64,000 nucleotides of DNA, from contig JAUFOQ010000010.1 in the NCBI GenBank assembly GCA_040285855.1, forward strand, positions 806,001 to 870,000, in the 5' to 3' direction. Source of the stretch: Eukaryota sp. GEM-RC1. Taxonomy: Eukaryota. Below the pieces are notes generated by a model. It did not search any database. It was not told the DNA's origin and saw only the letters and a list, made by a program, of their open reading frames with translations. Shown here piece after piece: positions 25,453 to 37,849 of this stretch (the stretch's first letter is position 1; each line of letters opens with the position of its first letter). The position numbers and the translations under genes are program-made.

Positions 25453-28400
25453 TACATCGGTGACAATAATTAGTCTCAGTTGACATTTAGTCTCAGTGAG
25501 ACTAATAATGGTGATCTCTTTTCCAGATCTGTTCACCAAATTATGTACCTAAAAACATTTGAGACCAATAAAAGTCATTTTATGTTTGTGTAAGTAAAAC
25601 AAACTACACTTTACTGTATCTAATTAGTACATGATGATTTTCAAGAAGGACAGATTTGGTAGAACAACTGTGATTTATTGTGATAGCGCACCAAGCTACT
25701 CTCTAGACCCAAATAGTGGTGTGAATATTAGGGAGAAGTTGTCTGCAACTGAGGCAGAAGTGCGCTTTCTTTCTGCGAACACATTTAACTCAACCAGCGG
25801 TTTCCTTTGTGATTCAAAAGATCAAAGAAATAAGGGCGTTCTTTTGGGAGGAATATACGCTGAAGAAAATTATGAAAAACGAGTGGAGTCCTAATTCAGG
25901 AATCCTTCCAAATCTCTGATGCATTTCGATGTCACTTTAAATGGACAGTCTTCACCACTTCATCTTACCTCATGTCTTGTGCGATTGTTATTATGCACAT
26001 AACAAAATTCCATGTTTATTTGTAAGGCATATTGATGCAGGAAGACTTGGAGCTCCATCTTAGACCCAAAACTCAATTGTTCTTGTAGTACCAGTATCTC
26101 TTCGTTTTTTTGCGAATTCAATCGTTTTAATTCGATTTTCATGATAAGAAAACTAGATAAGTTTCCTGTTATATTTGTTTTTGGTTGTGGAATTGGTTTT
26201 GTTGATTGTGGTTTTTGTTTTATTTTCATAAACTGTGTGTTTTTGGGAGTTTTCGCTTCTTTCTTTTTTAAAATTGGCAGCTGAATCAGTGAGAAGGTTC
26301 AATGTAATGACGAACGAAAACGGTGTATCATATGCAAGAAAGGGGATGATTCGTTGGAATTCGAGGGGACTAGCTTTGGATGTGACAAAAACATTTGCAT
26401 GAGATCCAATTCTCTGTTGAAATTGCAGAGTGTTACCAACAAGAATCGACAATATTTGAGTGGAAGAGATCCATTGTTATGTGAGGAAAGTGAGAATCCT
26501 GAAAATGTGGAGGTAAACGAGTATCAGGATGAACAAGTTGCTGAAGAAAATGAGATTGATAAAAAACGCCTTTTATGTACTCTTACAATTACAAACTATC
26601 ATCAATATTAACAAATGAGAGACCAATACATCTACATCATCTCAAATTTATGTCTCAATGCCAAGAGACGGTTCAAAATTGAATCGAAATATCTAAACAA
26701 TGCTTTGAAAAGGGAAAACGACAACCTTCCTCTCCAGTAACTTTCATTAAAATTCTTTCCATACTGCTTACACAATTTGCCAAAATCTGTGAGAAATTGT
26801 TGACCAAAGCAACCAAACTTACCATAAAGAGAAATAGCAAAAGGATGGAAAACAAAAGGATTGTGTCGGCGAGAATTCATCTTGGAAATTAATTCGTCAT
26901 AACGATCTAATTTTTTCCTTTCAGCAGTTTCAAGAGCTGAATAGTTTTCGTCTGAAATTTTGTTAACGGAAGTTGAGTTACAAGGATCAATCGTAGTAAA
27001 GTCCATAATTATTTCTTGAGAGGACAACCAAGGATCAATCAAATCACCTCTACTCTTATCCCTCATGATTGAGTCAGACAAAGTATTTAAAACTGGTTCG
27101 ATTTTCCCATGAAAACCATTGCTCTGAAACAATTCTAAACATTGATCACATAAACTGTTGTGAATAATTGATCTTAAATGAATAAACTTATGACATTTGA
27201 CCACATGATGGAAAGAGGCTAAAGAAGAACCACACACACAAGTAGACTTTTGTAGGAGACCAACAGGCCATAAACCCAACCTCAAACGAATGTTGATAAG
27301 CCATTCATGATCTTTTAAGTTGAAACTATATCTTTGAGGATATCGAGTAATCAAAGTAGAAGCCTCATCACTAGAAATGTCTTTCAAAAAAAGCACAAAA
27401 AGCGGGACTCTCGATTTTAGCTTTCGATAAGGAAACGAAATGAGCAAAACTAGATTTCAGAGCATCCAATGGTCCTACTAATGAAGTGTCATCAGCATAC
27501 GAAGTTAACTTGATATTAGGAAATTTTAAAGAAAAAATACGAAGAATTCTTTGTAAGGGAAGACAAAACAAGAAAGGGCCCAAAGGGTCACCCTGTTTAA
27601 CACCACGAGAAGACGAAATAGTGTGTTCATTGAATAATAGAGAAGTATAAGAACCATACATTAAATTAAAGTATGAAATCAGCTCAGGAACATGAGCGAA
27701 TAAATCCTTATAAATTTCAGAACGAAAAACACAATTAAAAGCATTCTTATAATCAACATTAAGAACCAAGTTGTTGACATCACTGTTTAGGAAAAGATCC
27801 GTCATTAAACTGGCACAATTAGTACCATCAACGATACCAATACAATACTGAAAAGGTCTGAAGAACGACACAGCTTTGTCTTTAATTCTGTCGAAACAAA
27901 TACAATGTAGTAGCAAAAGACGGATGACTAACTTCACCAACAGCAATAGGTCTAACACCTCCATCATTCTTGTTCAATGCAACCAAGCGGCTAGATTTCA
28001 GAGCATGAGGGCACTTAACTGGACACTGACAAATTAGATTGTAAAAAACAGCTAAATCGTCACAAATTTCAGTATAATGTGAGATGGTTGCTTTTAAGTG
28101 ATCAAAACTCAGCCCTGACGGACCTGCAGCTTTACCACCTTTAGCTTTTAAAATGGCATTTGACACTTCATTCTTTGTGATAGGAGAATCTAACCAAAAA
28201 TTTGAAGTAGTCTTCTCAATAATAAAAGGAGGTTCAACTGGATGCAGCAACTCCAGCTTCCTGACAGTTTCTAATGAATTTTGAGCTAGATCAGTTCCAT
28301 CCAGGAGGGAGATAACAGATGAAAACTGACCCCGGAAAACTAAAGAGCGACACAGACTCCTTTTAGAATTGTTAGACGACTTAGACTGAGATCGAGAAGT

Positions 28401-29125
28401 TTTACCTTTCCCATGATATAGAAAGAACCCCCACAAAGGGGCAGGATTCCACGAACCATTTCTGAGAGGATACGTCAAAGATAGAACAGTTGATGCCAAA
28501 GAAGAAGCATGCAGAGGATTAACAGACAAAGGAATTGAAAAAGGGGGACGAGGTACATCATGTGTGGAACACGACGAACAACAAAGCAAAGGTCTACCTG
28601 AAGAATTAGTCCCTGTAATTGGAGAAAGGCAAAAGAGACAAGTACGAGAAGTTACAGACTCCGAAGAAGGAATGCACATCGAAAACATCAGTATCAAACA
28701 ATGGAGACCTCTCGGTAGGGATGGACTTACAAGCAGCCACAGTGGCAGCAGCATCTTCTGCTTCCAAAACAAACAGGACAGTGTCGTTTATCATGAGTTG
28801 TTGAAGAACAACAGCTACATTTTCTTGGAAGACTGCGGAGACCACTTGATTTATTTCGAGGAGGAGGTTTAGCTGGTTTAGATATTATTGGTGCCATGAG
28901 ATGAAGAAAAAACGAGATTGATTAGGTAGAATTAGAATAAATCATTATGTTGGTCATAATACATGTACAGTATGAATGTTGGTAAGAATATTGTTGTGAG
29001 ACTAATTGTTCTCTACCACATATAGTCTCACTTCGTAGTGAGTCTCGGTGAGACTATTAATGGTTTTGGAATAAAAAGGAGTCTCGTAACTAGTCTCAGT
29101 GAGAGTAAGTATCGTCGCCGGTGTA
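25453..29125. mobile_element. TIR DNA transposon (related to MITE 18428-18569) carrying a MuDR-like N-terminal remnant, with a nested retrotransposon
   Basis: Left end tacatcggtgacaataattagtctcag; right end reverse complement tacaccggcgacgatacttactctcactgagacta. Minus-strand FGSKMELQVFLHQYA..EFCYV..DCPFKV at 25930-26080 resembles the MuDR N-terminal domain. Confidence 0.65.
26632..28845 (-). mobile_element. Non-LTR retrotransposon with RT and C-terminal restriction-like endonuclease (CRE-like clade), frameshifted and internally deleted
   Basis: GKAAGPSG, RLVALNK..GVRPIAVGE, DYKNAFN, GVKQGDPLGPFLF, YADD, then CVCG..HHVVKC..HN, RGDL..DFT, AERKK..Y, PFAISLYG. The thumb region after YADD is missing. 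Confidence 0.92.
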
Positions 29126-30348
29126 GTGGACTGTTTGACACGATAATGAATCTTATTGTGAAAGTTAGAAAATGACATTGTGTGAAAATTCACTTGGGAT
29201 GAAAATAACTGCATGTGTAAGCCACATGTGTTATAACGTGGCAGTGTTCTAGTACCAATTATTGTACTAATTACACGTATACTTAGTCTATGTCACTTGT
29301 AGGTAACACATCCCTAATGATTTATTGAAACACTGCATTTAGACATATATACTAGTCTAATCTACGTTGACACAACAGAAATCTATATACGAATCAAGTA
29401 AATTACACAGATCAAAAGAACAGTATTAATTCACATTACATATACATTTGATGATTTTGTTTTGATGTTCGTGATGTATGGAACAAAAACACTAAGATAA
29501 ACACAAATACTAGAACTCAATATCATTAAGGCAACAATCATTGCCATTAAAAGTCACAACAGCTTGTTTTTTCATAAAAAAATAGAGAGAGCTAATAGAG
29601 CCTTTGACATCATGACAGGAATTGTTTTAAATATCGTAAAAACAATACGATTCAACCAAAACTGGAAATCAAATTTCTTGTTCATTATTTTTTGACAACT
29701 TTATCAAAATCAGAGAGAAAACAAAGAGTATCTCTGCCGAGTCGACCATAAATTGAAATCGCAAAAGGACTTAATTTGTACTCAACATGTACATTGAAAT
29801 ACATCATTACAGAGGAATTGCTTCCGTAAATTCTGAGGAACACCCTTGGTTAAGATCCTAGATTGGTTCATGGAATTATCAGATATTATCACAGACAGTG
29901 AACACAAAACTGAACTTTGGTCTGGTGTTGATACTTCATCAGTTCCAACTATAATGGCTATGTAGTTTTTGACAAATCAAGATCACATTTGGGTACAGAT
30001 TATATAGTATAGATGAGATATAATTGATGTAAGTCCTTTATAGTATTGGAATTTACTGATATGGTTTTATGGTAAAAGAAAATGTCGTCTTCTGCAGACA
30101 TATTGTATGTCGTCGATGTAGTGTCTGTGGATGTTTGCAACAATACACCCTTAAGGAACGCTTCTTCTGAAACTCCTCTTTAGTTGTTCAAACTTTTGAC
30201 TATTCAGATGGCAGACTCTACTACAGTACTTAAATTTGGAGTTCTTGCTCGAACTGTCAACAGAGGTATAATAGTAAAGTACCTTGTCTTATGTTGTCTG
30301 CTTCCTCGAAGTACCAAGTTTTTTTTTGTTCTATACCTTATATATCAG

Positions 30349-31102
30349 CAGGGCTATGTAACATTGAATTGCTATTACAGTATTGCCAATAAATATGTAC
30401 CAATATGGTTTGTTTGGTGAGAAAAACCAATACCAATATATTGACAATATTGGTCATTACAGATGTTCAGGTATTGTGAAACATTCTATTCGGGACATTG
30501 TATATCAGTGTCTGTCAACTACTCATTTATTGCGCATCCTAGCATCAATTCAGCCAACAATTCATATACTTAACTAGAAAATCTGTCACATCAACATAAG
30601 AAGTCTATTGTTGAGATTCTCTACTTCTAACTTAAACGTAGTCGACTTATGACAGATGATAGAACAATCTGTGTCTCCGTTTTTACCCTCAATTCCACGT
30701 CAAACTTGCGTATGGAATGACTCGCTATTCTTTGTACAATAGCTGTTTGGAAGCTCAACTTTGGTTGAATTACAACTGAGGACCATGGGATGGTGGAACT
30801 GTTCGTACGACTTTTGTTGTCAATTGGTCCCCAGAAGATGAGCTTGTTTAACTAAATTGATAAGTCTTGAAATTTTACTCTTAATGTATTGTTTATGTCA
30901 AAAATTAACAAAAACAATTACAGCACTTCAAATTTAGTTTGATTTATTTTTAATATTTCAGAAGTATATCTTGATAAATTTTCTATGTTTGACAGTTTCA
31001 ACTACATTGCAATATTTACGAATATATTGGTCGATATCCATTATTGATTGGAAGGGTAAAAACCAATACCATTATATTACAATCCAATACTAAAGAGCCC
31101 TG
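30349..31102. mobile_element. hAT-like non-autonomous element
   Basis: CAGGGCT..AGCCCTG ends, caata/tattg subterminal repeats, imperfect 8-bp flanks TATATCAG / TACATAAG. Confidence 0.7.
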
Positions 31103-31129
31103 TACATAAGGTATACTCTATGAAATTAT

Positions 31130-31822
31130 CAGTGTTTCGGAAATACGCGTACTTCAGCCTAAATACGCCGTATTTGAACTTCTAAGTTAAGTATGTATTT
31201 CCCGTACTTATCGTACTTCTCTAACCCACCTACATTCTTATGCTCATCATCTCTGTTTCTTCATAGAATCCTGTTGTGCAATACGTTTCATTTGTTCTGA
31301 GTCGTTCATCCACCTCCATTTACACCAGTGCTCCTAATTATCTTCTTAGTTTGGTACCCAGGCGTTCTGTTCAAGCGACTTAGCACACTGTTAGTCAAGT
31401 GGAGTTTATTTATCACGGTACACATAAAACTTTTGTAAACATCTGCTTTATAACACCTCTTACTGAGGCAATTATCTAACATTGGAATCAAACCTACTGA
31501 TACACCTCCTGACGTCTGAAAAAGGACTTGCTTAGCCGTTGAAGAACCCCTTCTTAAGACAAGTACAGTTCCACATCCTGATTTCTGCTGCAGACTTTGA
31601 ACTGGTGTGTTTTTTCAAGATGATGATAAAGTGTTTTATGAGTTCAATAAATGTTCATACAATATTAGGTGTTGTTATGACCCCTTATCTTGAGAACAAA
31701 AGGGGTCAATTAATACAGATTAGACTTCAGAACAGGAAAGTACGTGAAGTACGTACGAGTACGTATTTACAAAGAAGTACGTACTTAACAAATTTGTACG
31801 TACACGAACTCCAAAAACACTG
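31130..31822. mobile_element. hAT-like non-autonomous element with perfect 8-bp TSD
   Basis: CAGTGTTT..AAACACTG ends. TSD GAAATTAT at 31122-31129 and 31823-31830. cgtac subterminal repeats. Confidence 0.88.
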
Positions 31823-32478
31823 GAAATTATTTCGTTCAACTCCATGTCATTTAAGTTGTTTTACCAGTAGCTGAGTGTAGTTCGGAACAAATAAATGACA
31901 GTTCTAAATTTAGTGTGAACGGATTGACTTACTCTATAACTTCAATTTTTCCCAGTTACATTAAGCCATCCGTGTCATACCAACAATTCAGTACGCTACT
32001 GGTACAATATATTGTAATTACAAGAGATTTTGGGTCAACCGGATTGGATTCAGTCCAGTTTATTGTTCTGAACCCTTTGTGATTGAGTTTGTATTGTTAC
32101 AGAGCTCTACTGCTTACAAAATCATGAACCAATAACTCCCGATAACAACCTTTGTACCAAATACGACTGAGATTGAATCGAAAAATGGGAATTGGAATTG
32201 TTTTGAAAAAGCTCACGGCTGAACTTTTGCGGGGTGGGGCAGCAGGAGGATCAAGTAGTGTGAGATAGATCAAGAAGTACAGCAGATCGCAAATAAACAA
32301 TGATTTACTAATGATACACATTCAGATTCAATTTGGTGTTCGTCCAATTCTGTTGATAATTTTATACTTCCAAGGTACTGATCAAAATTTTCAATGGGAA
32401 CAAAATTTCGTCAAGTTTGATGCCACTGCCTGAACAACATCACCTTTTTCTTGAATAAATAAATGAGTAATGAATATA

Positions 32479-34077
32479 TTAATTTATTACATTTACGGGT
32501 AGATCTACACCTTCTATTGTAACTATACCATTAATGGTCATTGTCTCTGCTCTAACACCTTCATCGCCGATTGTATTGTTCCCAATATCAATACTTGAAA
32601 CTGTAGAATTGCATTTCAATGCATTTGCCAATGCTATAGCACCTTCATCTCCAATTAACGCATAAAACAAAGAAATGTTTGTCAGCTTATTATTAATTTT
32701 CAATGTAGCCGCCAACGCTTTAGCACCGTGATCTCCAATAGAGTTAGCACCTAGACAAAGTTCTACCACTGAGTTATTGATTTTCAACGCCTCAGATAAA
32801 GATTTAACACCTTCAAATCCAATAGAGTTGTTACACAAATCAACACATGTAACTGCGATATTAACTGTTAAAGCCTCTGCCAGAGTTCTTGCACCTTCAT
32901 CTCCAATAAAGTTCATATACAGATTAACACTTGTCAATGTGGTATTGACTTTCAACGCATCTGCTAAAGCTTTAGCACCTTCAGCTCCAATTGAGTTTTG
33001 ACCCAGATTAACAGTTGTAACTGTGTTATTAACTTTTAACGCCTCTGCCAAAGCTATAGCACCTTCATCTCCAATATAGTTCATATACAGACCAATTCTT
33101 GTCAACCTATCATTTACTTTCAACGCGTCAGCTAAAGCTGTAGCACCTTCATCTCCAATAGAATTGTTCTCCAGGTCAACACGTGTCAATGTGGTATTGA
33201 CTTTCAACGTATCTGCCAAAGCTTTAGCACCATTAGCTCCAATTGAGTTTTCACACAGATTAACACTTGTCAATGTGGTATTGACTTTCAACGCATCTGC
33301 TAAAGCCCGTACACCTTTATCTTCAAGAGAATTGTTCCACAAACACAAACATGTAATGGTAGTATTGACTTTCAACAATTCTATTAAAGGGATAGAAATT
33401 GAATTGGAAATAGAAGCAATAACATCAAGCTGTTTAAGACGTGGAAAGTAATAAGACGCCTTGTTAAGAAACTCCAAGTCATTGTGGTTATCTAAATTCA
33501 ATTGCAGCCCTGAAATTAAGTTAAAACAATGGGAAAATTGTTCAACGTTAAAGCTCCCATATACATAAACGAAAACAGACTGTACTTTGGCTCCAAAGAA
33601 AGAAGCAAATGAACAGAGATGGGGAAGATTTTCAGGGAATATGTCAAACGTGTTTGTTTGGAAAAACAGTTTGATTGCTAGAAGAGCAGATTCAAAGAAA
33701 TGACGACTCACATAGCCAACTTTCTTTGCAAATGTGTGTAAACGCTGTATCAAAGTGAGGAGGAGAAGATGGTAATCATTAGTGTCTTCGCAAGAAGCTT
33801 TGGAGAAACGTTTCAACAAGTGGAGGTGGACCAAAATCAACAAGGACTGCTGAATTCGTAAACAGTTTGCTCCTGTGTAAGAAGTTTTGATTGGGGAAGA
33901 GGTGGAGGATCGGGCAGATTGTGATATCTTCTCGACAGAAATTGAGCAGACAGTGATTTCTTTTCCTATCCCTAGCTCTTGTGAACTGGTGGATGATGTG
34001 TCGTCCAGTGAGACAATTCCCTTACTTACATCTTCAGTAAGTGTTGAGATTGAGACAAGATCTTGAGGAGGGATCAT
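32479..34077 (-). CDS. LRR family protein (shared N-terminal domain + 10 LRRs)
   Basis: Intact 532-aa ORF with IQQSLLILVHLHLL, KKVGYVSRHFFESALLA, NDLEFLNKAS and 10 repeats. Confidence 0.92.
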   Translation of the reverse strand: MIPPQDLVSISTLTEDVSKGIVSLDDTSSTSSQELGIGKEITVCSISVEKISQSARSSTSSPIKTSYTGANCLRIQQSLLILVHLHLLKRFSKASCEDTNDYHLLLLTLIQRLHTFAKKVGYVSRHFFESALLAIKLFFQTNTFDIFPENLPHLCSFASFFGAKVQSVFVYVYGSFNVEQFSHCFNLISGLQLNLDNHNDLEFLNKASYYFPRLKQLDVIASISNSISIPLIELLKVNTTITCLCLWNNSLEDKGVRALADALKVNTTLTSVNLCENSIGANGAKALADTLKVNTTLTRVDLENNSIGDEGATALADALKVNDRLTRIGLYMNYIGDEGAIALAEALKVNNTVTTVNLGQNSIGAEGAKALADALKVNTTLTSVNLYMNFIGDEGARTLAEALTVNIAVTCVDLCNNSIGFEGVKSLSEALKINNSVVELCLGANSIGDHGAKALAATLKINNKLTNISLFYALIGDEGAIALANALKCNSTVSSIDIGNNTIGDEGVRAETMTINGIVTIEGVDLPVNVIN

Positions 34078-34580
34078 TCTAATAGCATTTGTAAGAGCAA
34101 TTTTCTTCTACATCAACGTTGATCAATTACGATAATCTCCATTCTTCCATTCTCTCGTTAATAAATCTTCTGTAGAGTATTGTCGACATCTGTACATGTG
34201 CGTTCTTCCTTTGCGGGAATTGTGCATGTTCCTCTTGTTCTTTCGAGCAAAAGCACCACTCCAACACGTCGCGGAAGCGATAGCTGTGTACAAATATCTT
34301 CATGAACACACAGTTATCCACAGTCTAGATGCTACGGCGAGTTTTTCGCAATTCACTGACCACTGTTTCTCACCAACCTTTTGGTGCTTGCTGCCTGTGA
34401 TTGTGGTTCCTCCGCGGTAACACTTTTGAAAGGCTAGATTTAAAAGTTGTGACTACAATTGCAACTATTTCGATGTTTCTATAAATGCGAAAGATGAGCG
34501 CGACCTGATGTTGGAAGAATTTTCCATCCAAAGTGTGGTGATTTTGTTAGTCCGGTGATCAAGATGTAACATGATGCTTA

Positions 34581-35107
34581 TGAATCATAAGCAGGGCCTA
34601 GAATAATTGAATTGGCAATTAATTGGTTTGAAAAATTCTTAAAATCAATCATTGCAATTGTTCCAATTAATTGAGCCAATTATTCAATTGTCATGCAGTA
34701 TAAACTATATATAAGTTCTATTTGTAGAGTAGAAACTCACCAAAAACTACCCTAGAAAATTTCATTGGGTGAGCACATTCTTTAAATCTATAAATCTGCT
34801 ATTTCATCATCTGGGTCCCAGTGGGTCTCACAGATTGTACGAAAGGCTATTAGGTCCCATATATCCAATGTTGTGTCGGGTTTACAGAAAGAAAGACAGA
34901 GTTCTTTTCGGTCATTAGAGAGGGGTAAGAGTTTGTCCGGTAAGACCGTAAAAACATTGTCAGCTATGTTTATTTTACGGTAACTGTGATGTTGTCCAAT
35001 TATCAATTAATTGACAATTGTCGACAATATAAAAACAATTATTGCAATTAAACAATTGGCAATTATTGGTTCCCAATGATTGTTTTCCAGGCCCAAGTTA
35101 TGATTCA
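34581..35107. mobile_element. TIR element with caatt/aattg subterminal repeats
   Basis: Left tgaatcataagcagggcctagaa versus reverse complement of right end tgaatcataacttgggcctggaa. Confidence 0.6.
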
Positions 35108-35671
35108 CTGTTATAATTGATAATAGGGATGTCATGTCAAAAAATACATGGACTTTGAGGATATTGATTATTAGATGTATGTACACTGTAGTGTTGTTGT
35201 CAATAAAAATAAATTACAAAAAATGCAGTTATAATAAAAGAGAAAACCTTTACAAAAATATTTAAATAAATTATTTGATACGAAGAAAATAAATACTGTA
35301 GATTAGGATTGTACAATGTAAATTGTTATTTTGTGACCAACAATAAATAAATTTGTTTTTGTTCTGACAAATTTAACCTCAAATATACAATAATATTGGC
35401 AATATTTCTACGCAATTTAATGATATCTTGTTTTGGCGACTAATTTTTAAATCTTCTTCATTGTCCAAGTCAGAAGTAAGTATTAAGTAACTTGCGAACA
35501 GTATCACTGTAGATTAGTGTTATACATTGTACATCAATAATCGTTGTTTGTCTAGACTTGCTATACAGTTTTGGACGAAGAATTTCAACATCCAACTTGG
35601 CACGACTAAACAGTCTTTCACAATTTTTATGAACTATATACTTCAGTAATAAATGACAATGTTGTTTCCTC

Positions 35672-36199
35672 TCAAAGTGGAAACTCTTTACAAGGATCAG
35701 TCTTTCCACATACAGAACATCCACCTCTACTAAAACCTCCACTAGGGAAATAATGGATCTTGAACTGTTCATTTACAAAGAGATGTCGCTCATCACGTGC
35801 CCATTTTGAACATTGACTCAAAGATCCTCTATAACCACTTTCACACCGTCCGGGACATTTACATCTGTATAGAGGAAAGATGAGATCTGCATTAGCATCA
35901 ACAATGGGAAGAATGGCTTCGGACAAAGATCGTTCGAAAGCTTCGGCGACACTGGTGCTACCATCAGCTTGAGGGGAGATGTAAACGTCGCAGAGGCTAC
36001 AACTTCCAGGAACAAAATGTGCATGAGCAACGTAAGTGCAGCGAGCATTGGGAGAAACATCTAATTCTTTGGCCGTTTCTTGACAATAGCAGTAACATTG
36101 GGCAGCAGTGCCTCTAAAACCATTACCACACCGACCTGGGCAACGGCAATCAGCCCAAACAATGGTCAAAACAAGAAGAAAGATCACGATAAGTTGCAT
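35672..36199 (-). CDS. Secreted two-module cysteine-rich protein, family copy 2
   Basis: 175-aa ORF with signal peptide and the same 16-Cys framework as 17728-18246. Confidence 0.9.
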   Translation of the reverse strand: MQLIVIFLLVLTIVWADCRCPGRCGNGFRGTAAQCYCYCQETAKELDVSPNARCTYVAHAHFVPGSCSLCDVYISPQADGSTSVAEAFERSLSEAILPIVDANADLIFPLYRCKCPGRCESGYRGSLSQCSKWARDERHLFVNEQFKIHYFPSGGFSRGGCSVCGKTDPCKEFPL

Positions 36200-36640
36200 T
36201 GATTGTAGAGAAATGCTGAAAAGGAAAATATCAACGTTGACAGGACAAATCGAACATCATGCCTAACAACATCTTGTGCATATCCCAGTATTTGGACCAT
36301 ATGTTTGTAGTGAGTTCTTCACTAATTCACTTTGTACTATACAACTTACAATATGGAATGATATGGAATACTCAATGTCTGTTTTGTTTCTTGATCTGTT
36401 ATAAAACTGATTGACGCCGATCTCATATTTTAGTGTTTTCACACATCATTTACTACTGAATTGTTTTGGTTAACATCCGTTCTATTTGAAAAGGGGTTTA
36501 CGATCAGTCAGCTAAATGAATGCTTTGTCAAAGTTGTGGTTTTATGGCTTAAATGACTTGGATTTTTCTAAACGACTAGTGGTATTACGGTAAATAATTC
36601 CGTCTTGTTTGTTTTTGTGGATTGGAAAAACTGTTTATCT

Positions 36641-36945
36641 TCACAAAAAGTACAACAGGGGTTTATGATCAATCAAGGAAAACAGAAAATTTGGAGAAAC
36701 CAACAGCTAGCAGAATACAAATTTGAGTACGGTAAAGTTTTCAATGAAAATTTTTGGTTGAGTAGGTCAACGTTTGTGTTGTTTAGTTCTGTGCAGAGAT
36801 GTTTTGTTTCAACTTTAGTTAAGTGTTGTAGTGATTTTTGAGAGAAGGGTTGTGGTTTAGAAACTTTAGTTGGTGTCTTTTAGTTGTTATTTGAAAAGCA
36901 TTTATTTCCTTGATTGATCATAAACCCCTGTTGTACTTTTTGTGA
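36641..36945. repeat. 305-bp foldback/MITE-like unit with perfect 41-bp inverted repeats
   Basis: 36641-36681 (tcacaaaaagtacaacaggggtttatgatcaatcaaggaaa) is the exact reverse complement of 36905-36945. No clear TSD. Confidence 0.85.
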
Positions 36946-37321
36946 TCATTGGTGAGGTTCTAGTCCATTTAGATATCAACAAAAAACCATAAATCATGTC
37001 TGCTTTTACACATTCTACAGATTGACTTTTAGGATGACTCTTCAGAATACTTTGTTTCTACTAAGACACGTAATGTTTGAATACGTCTCTGCTTTTATTC
37101 GTTCAACTCGGTTGTTGTAACCAAAACTATCACATTTTACAGTACTTACACCAAACAAAGTGCTTTCAACGTGTGGTCACATCTGAATACATCATTTGAA
37201 GAATCTCGTAAATATTTGTGTTGAACAAACTAATGATATTGTTGTTTGGTGTAGAAACAGTGAAAATACACAATCTTTATAAACTATATACTTCAGTAAT
37301 AAATGACAATGTTGTTTCCTC

Positions 37322-37849
37322 TCAAAGTGGAAACTCTTTACACGGATCAGTCTTTCCACACACAGAACAACCACCTCTACTAAAACCTCCACTAGGGAAA
37401 TAATGGATCTTGAATTGTTCATTTACAAAGAGATGTCGCTCATCACGTGCCCATTTTGAACATTGACTCAAAGATCCTCTATAACCACTTTCACACCGTC
37501 CGGGACATTTACATCTGTATAGAGGAAAGATGAGATCTGCATTAGCATCAACAATGGGAAGAATGGCTTCGGACAAAGATCGTTCGAAAGCTTCGGCGAC
37601 ACTGGTGCTACCATCATCTTGAGGGGAGATGTAAACGTCGCAGAGGCTACAACTTCCAGGAACAAAATGTGCATGAGCAACGTAAGTGCAGCGAGCATTG
37701 GGAGAAACATCTAATTCTTTGGCCGTTTCTTGACAATAGCAGTAACATTGGGCAGCAGTACCTCTAAAACCACTACCACACCGACCTGGGCAACGGCAAT
37801 CAGCCCAAACAATGGTCAAAACAAGAAGAAAGATCACGATAAGTTGAAT
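37322..37849 (-). CDS. Secreted two-module cysteine-rich protein, family copy 3 (start codon reads ATT)
   Basis: Near-identical to copy 2 at an offset of 1650. The position equivalent to ATG reads ATT (37849-37847). Confidence 0.75.
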   Translation of the reverse strand: MQLIVIFLLVLTIVWADCRCPGRCGSGFRGTAAQCYCYCQETAKELDVSPNARCTYVAHAHFVPGSCSLCDVYISPQDDGSTSVAEAFERSLSEAILPIVDANADLIFPLYRCKCPGRCESGYRGSLSQCSKWARDERHLFVNEQFKIHYFPSGGFSRGGCSVCGKTDPCKEFPL

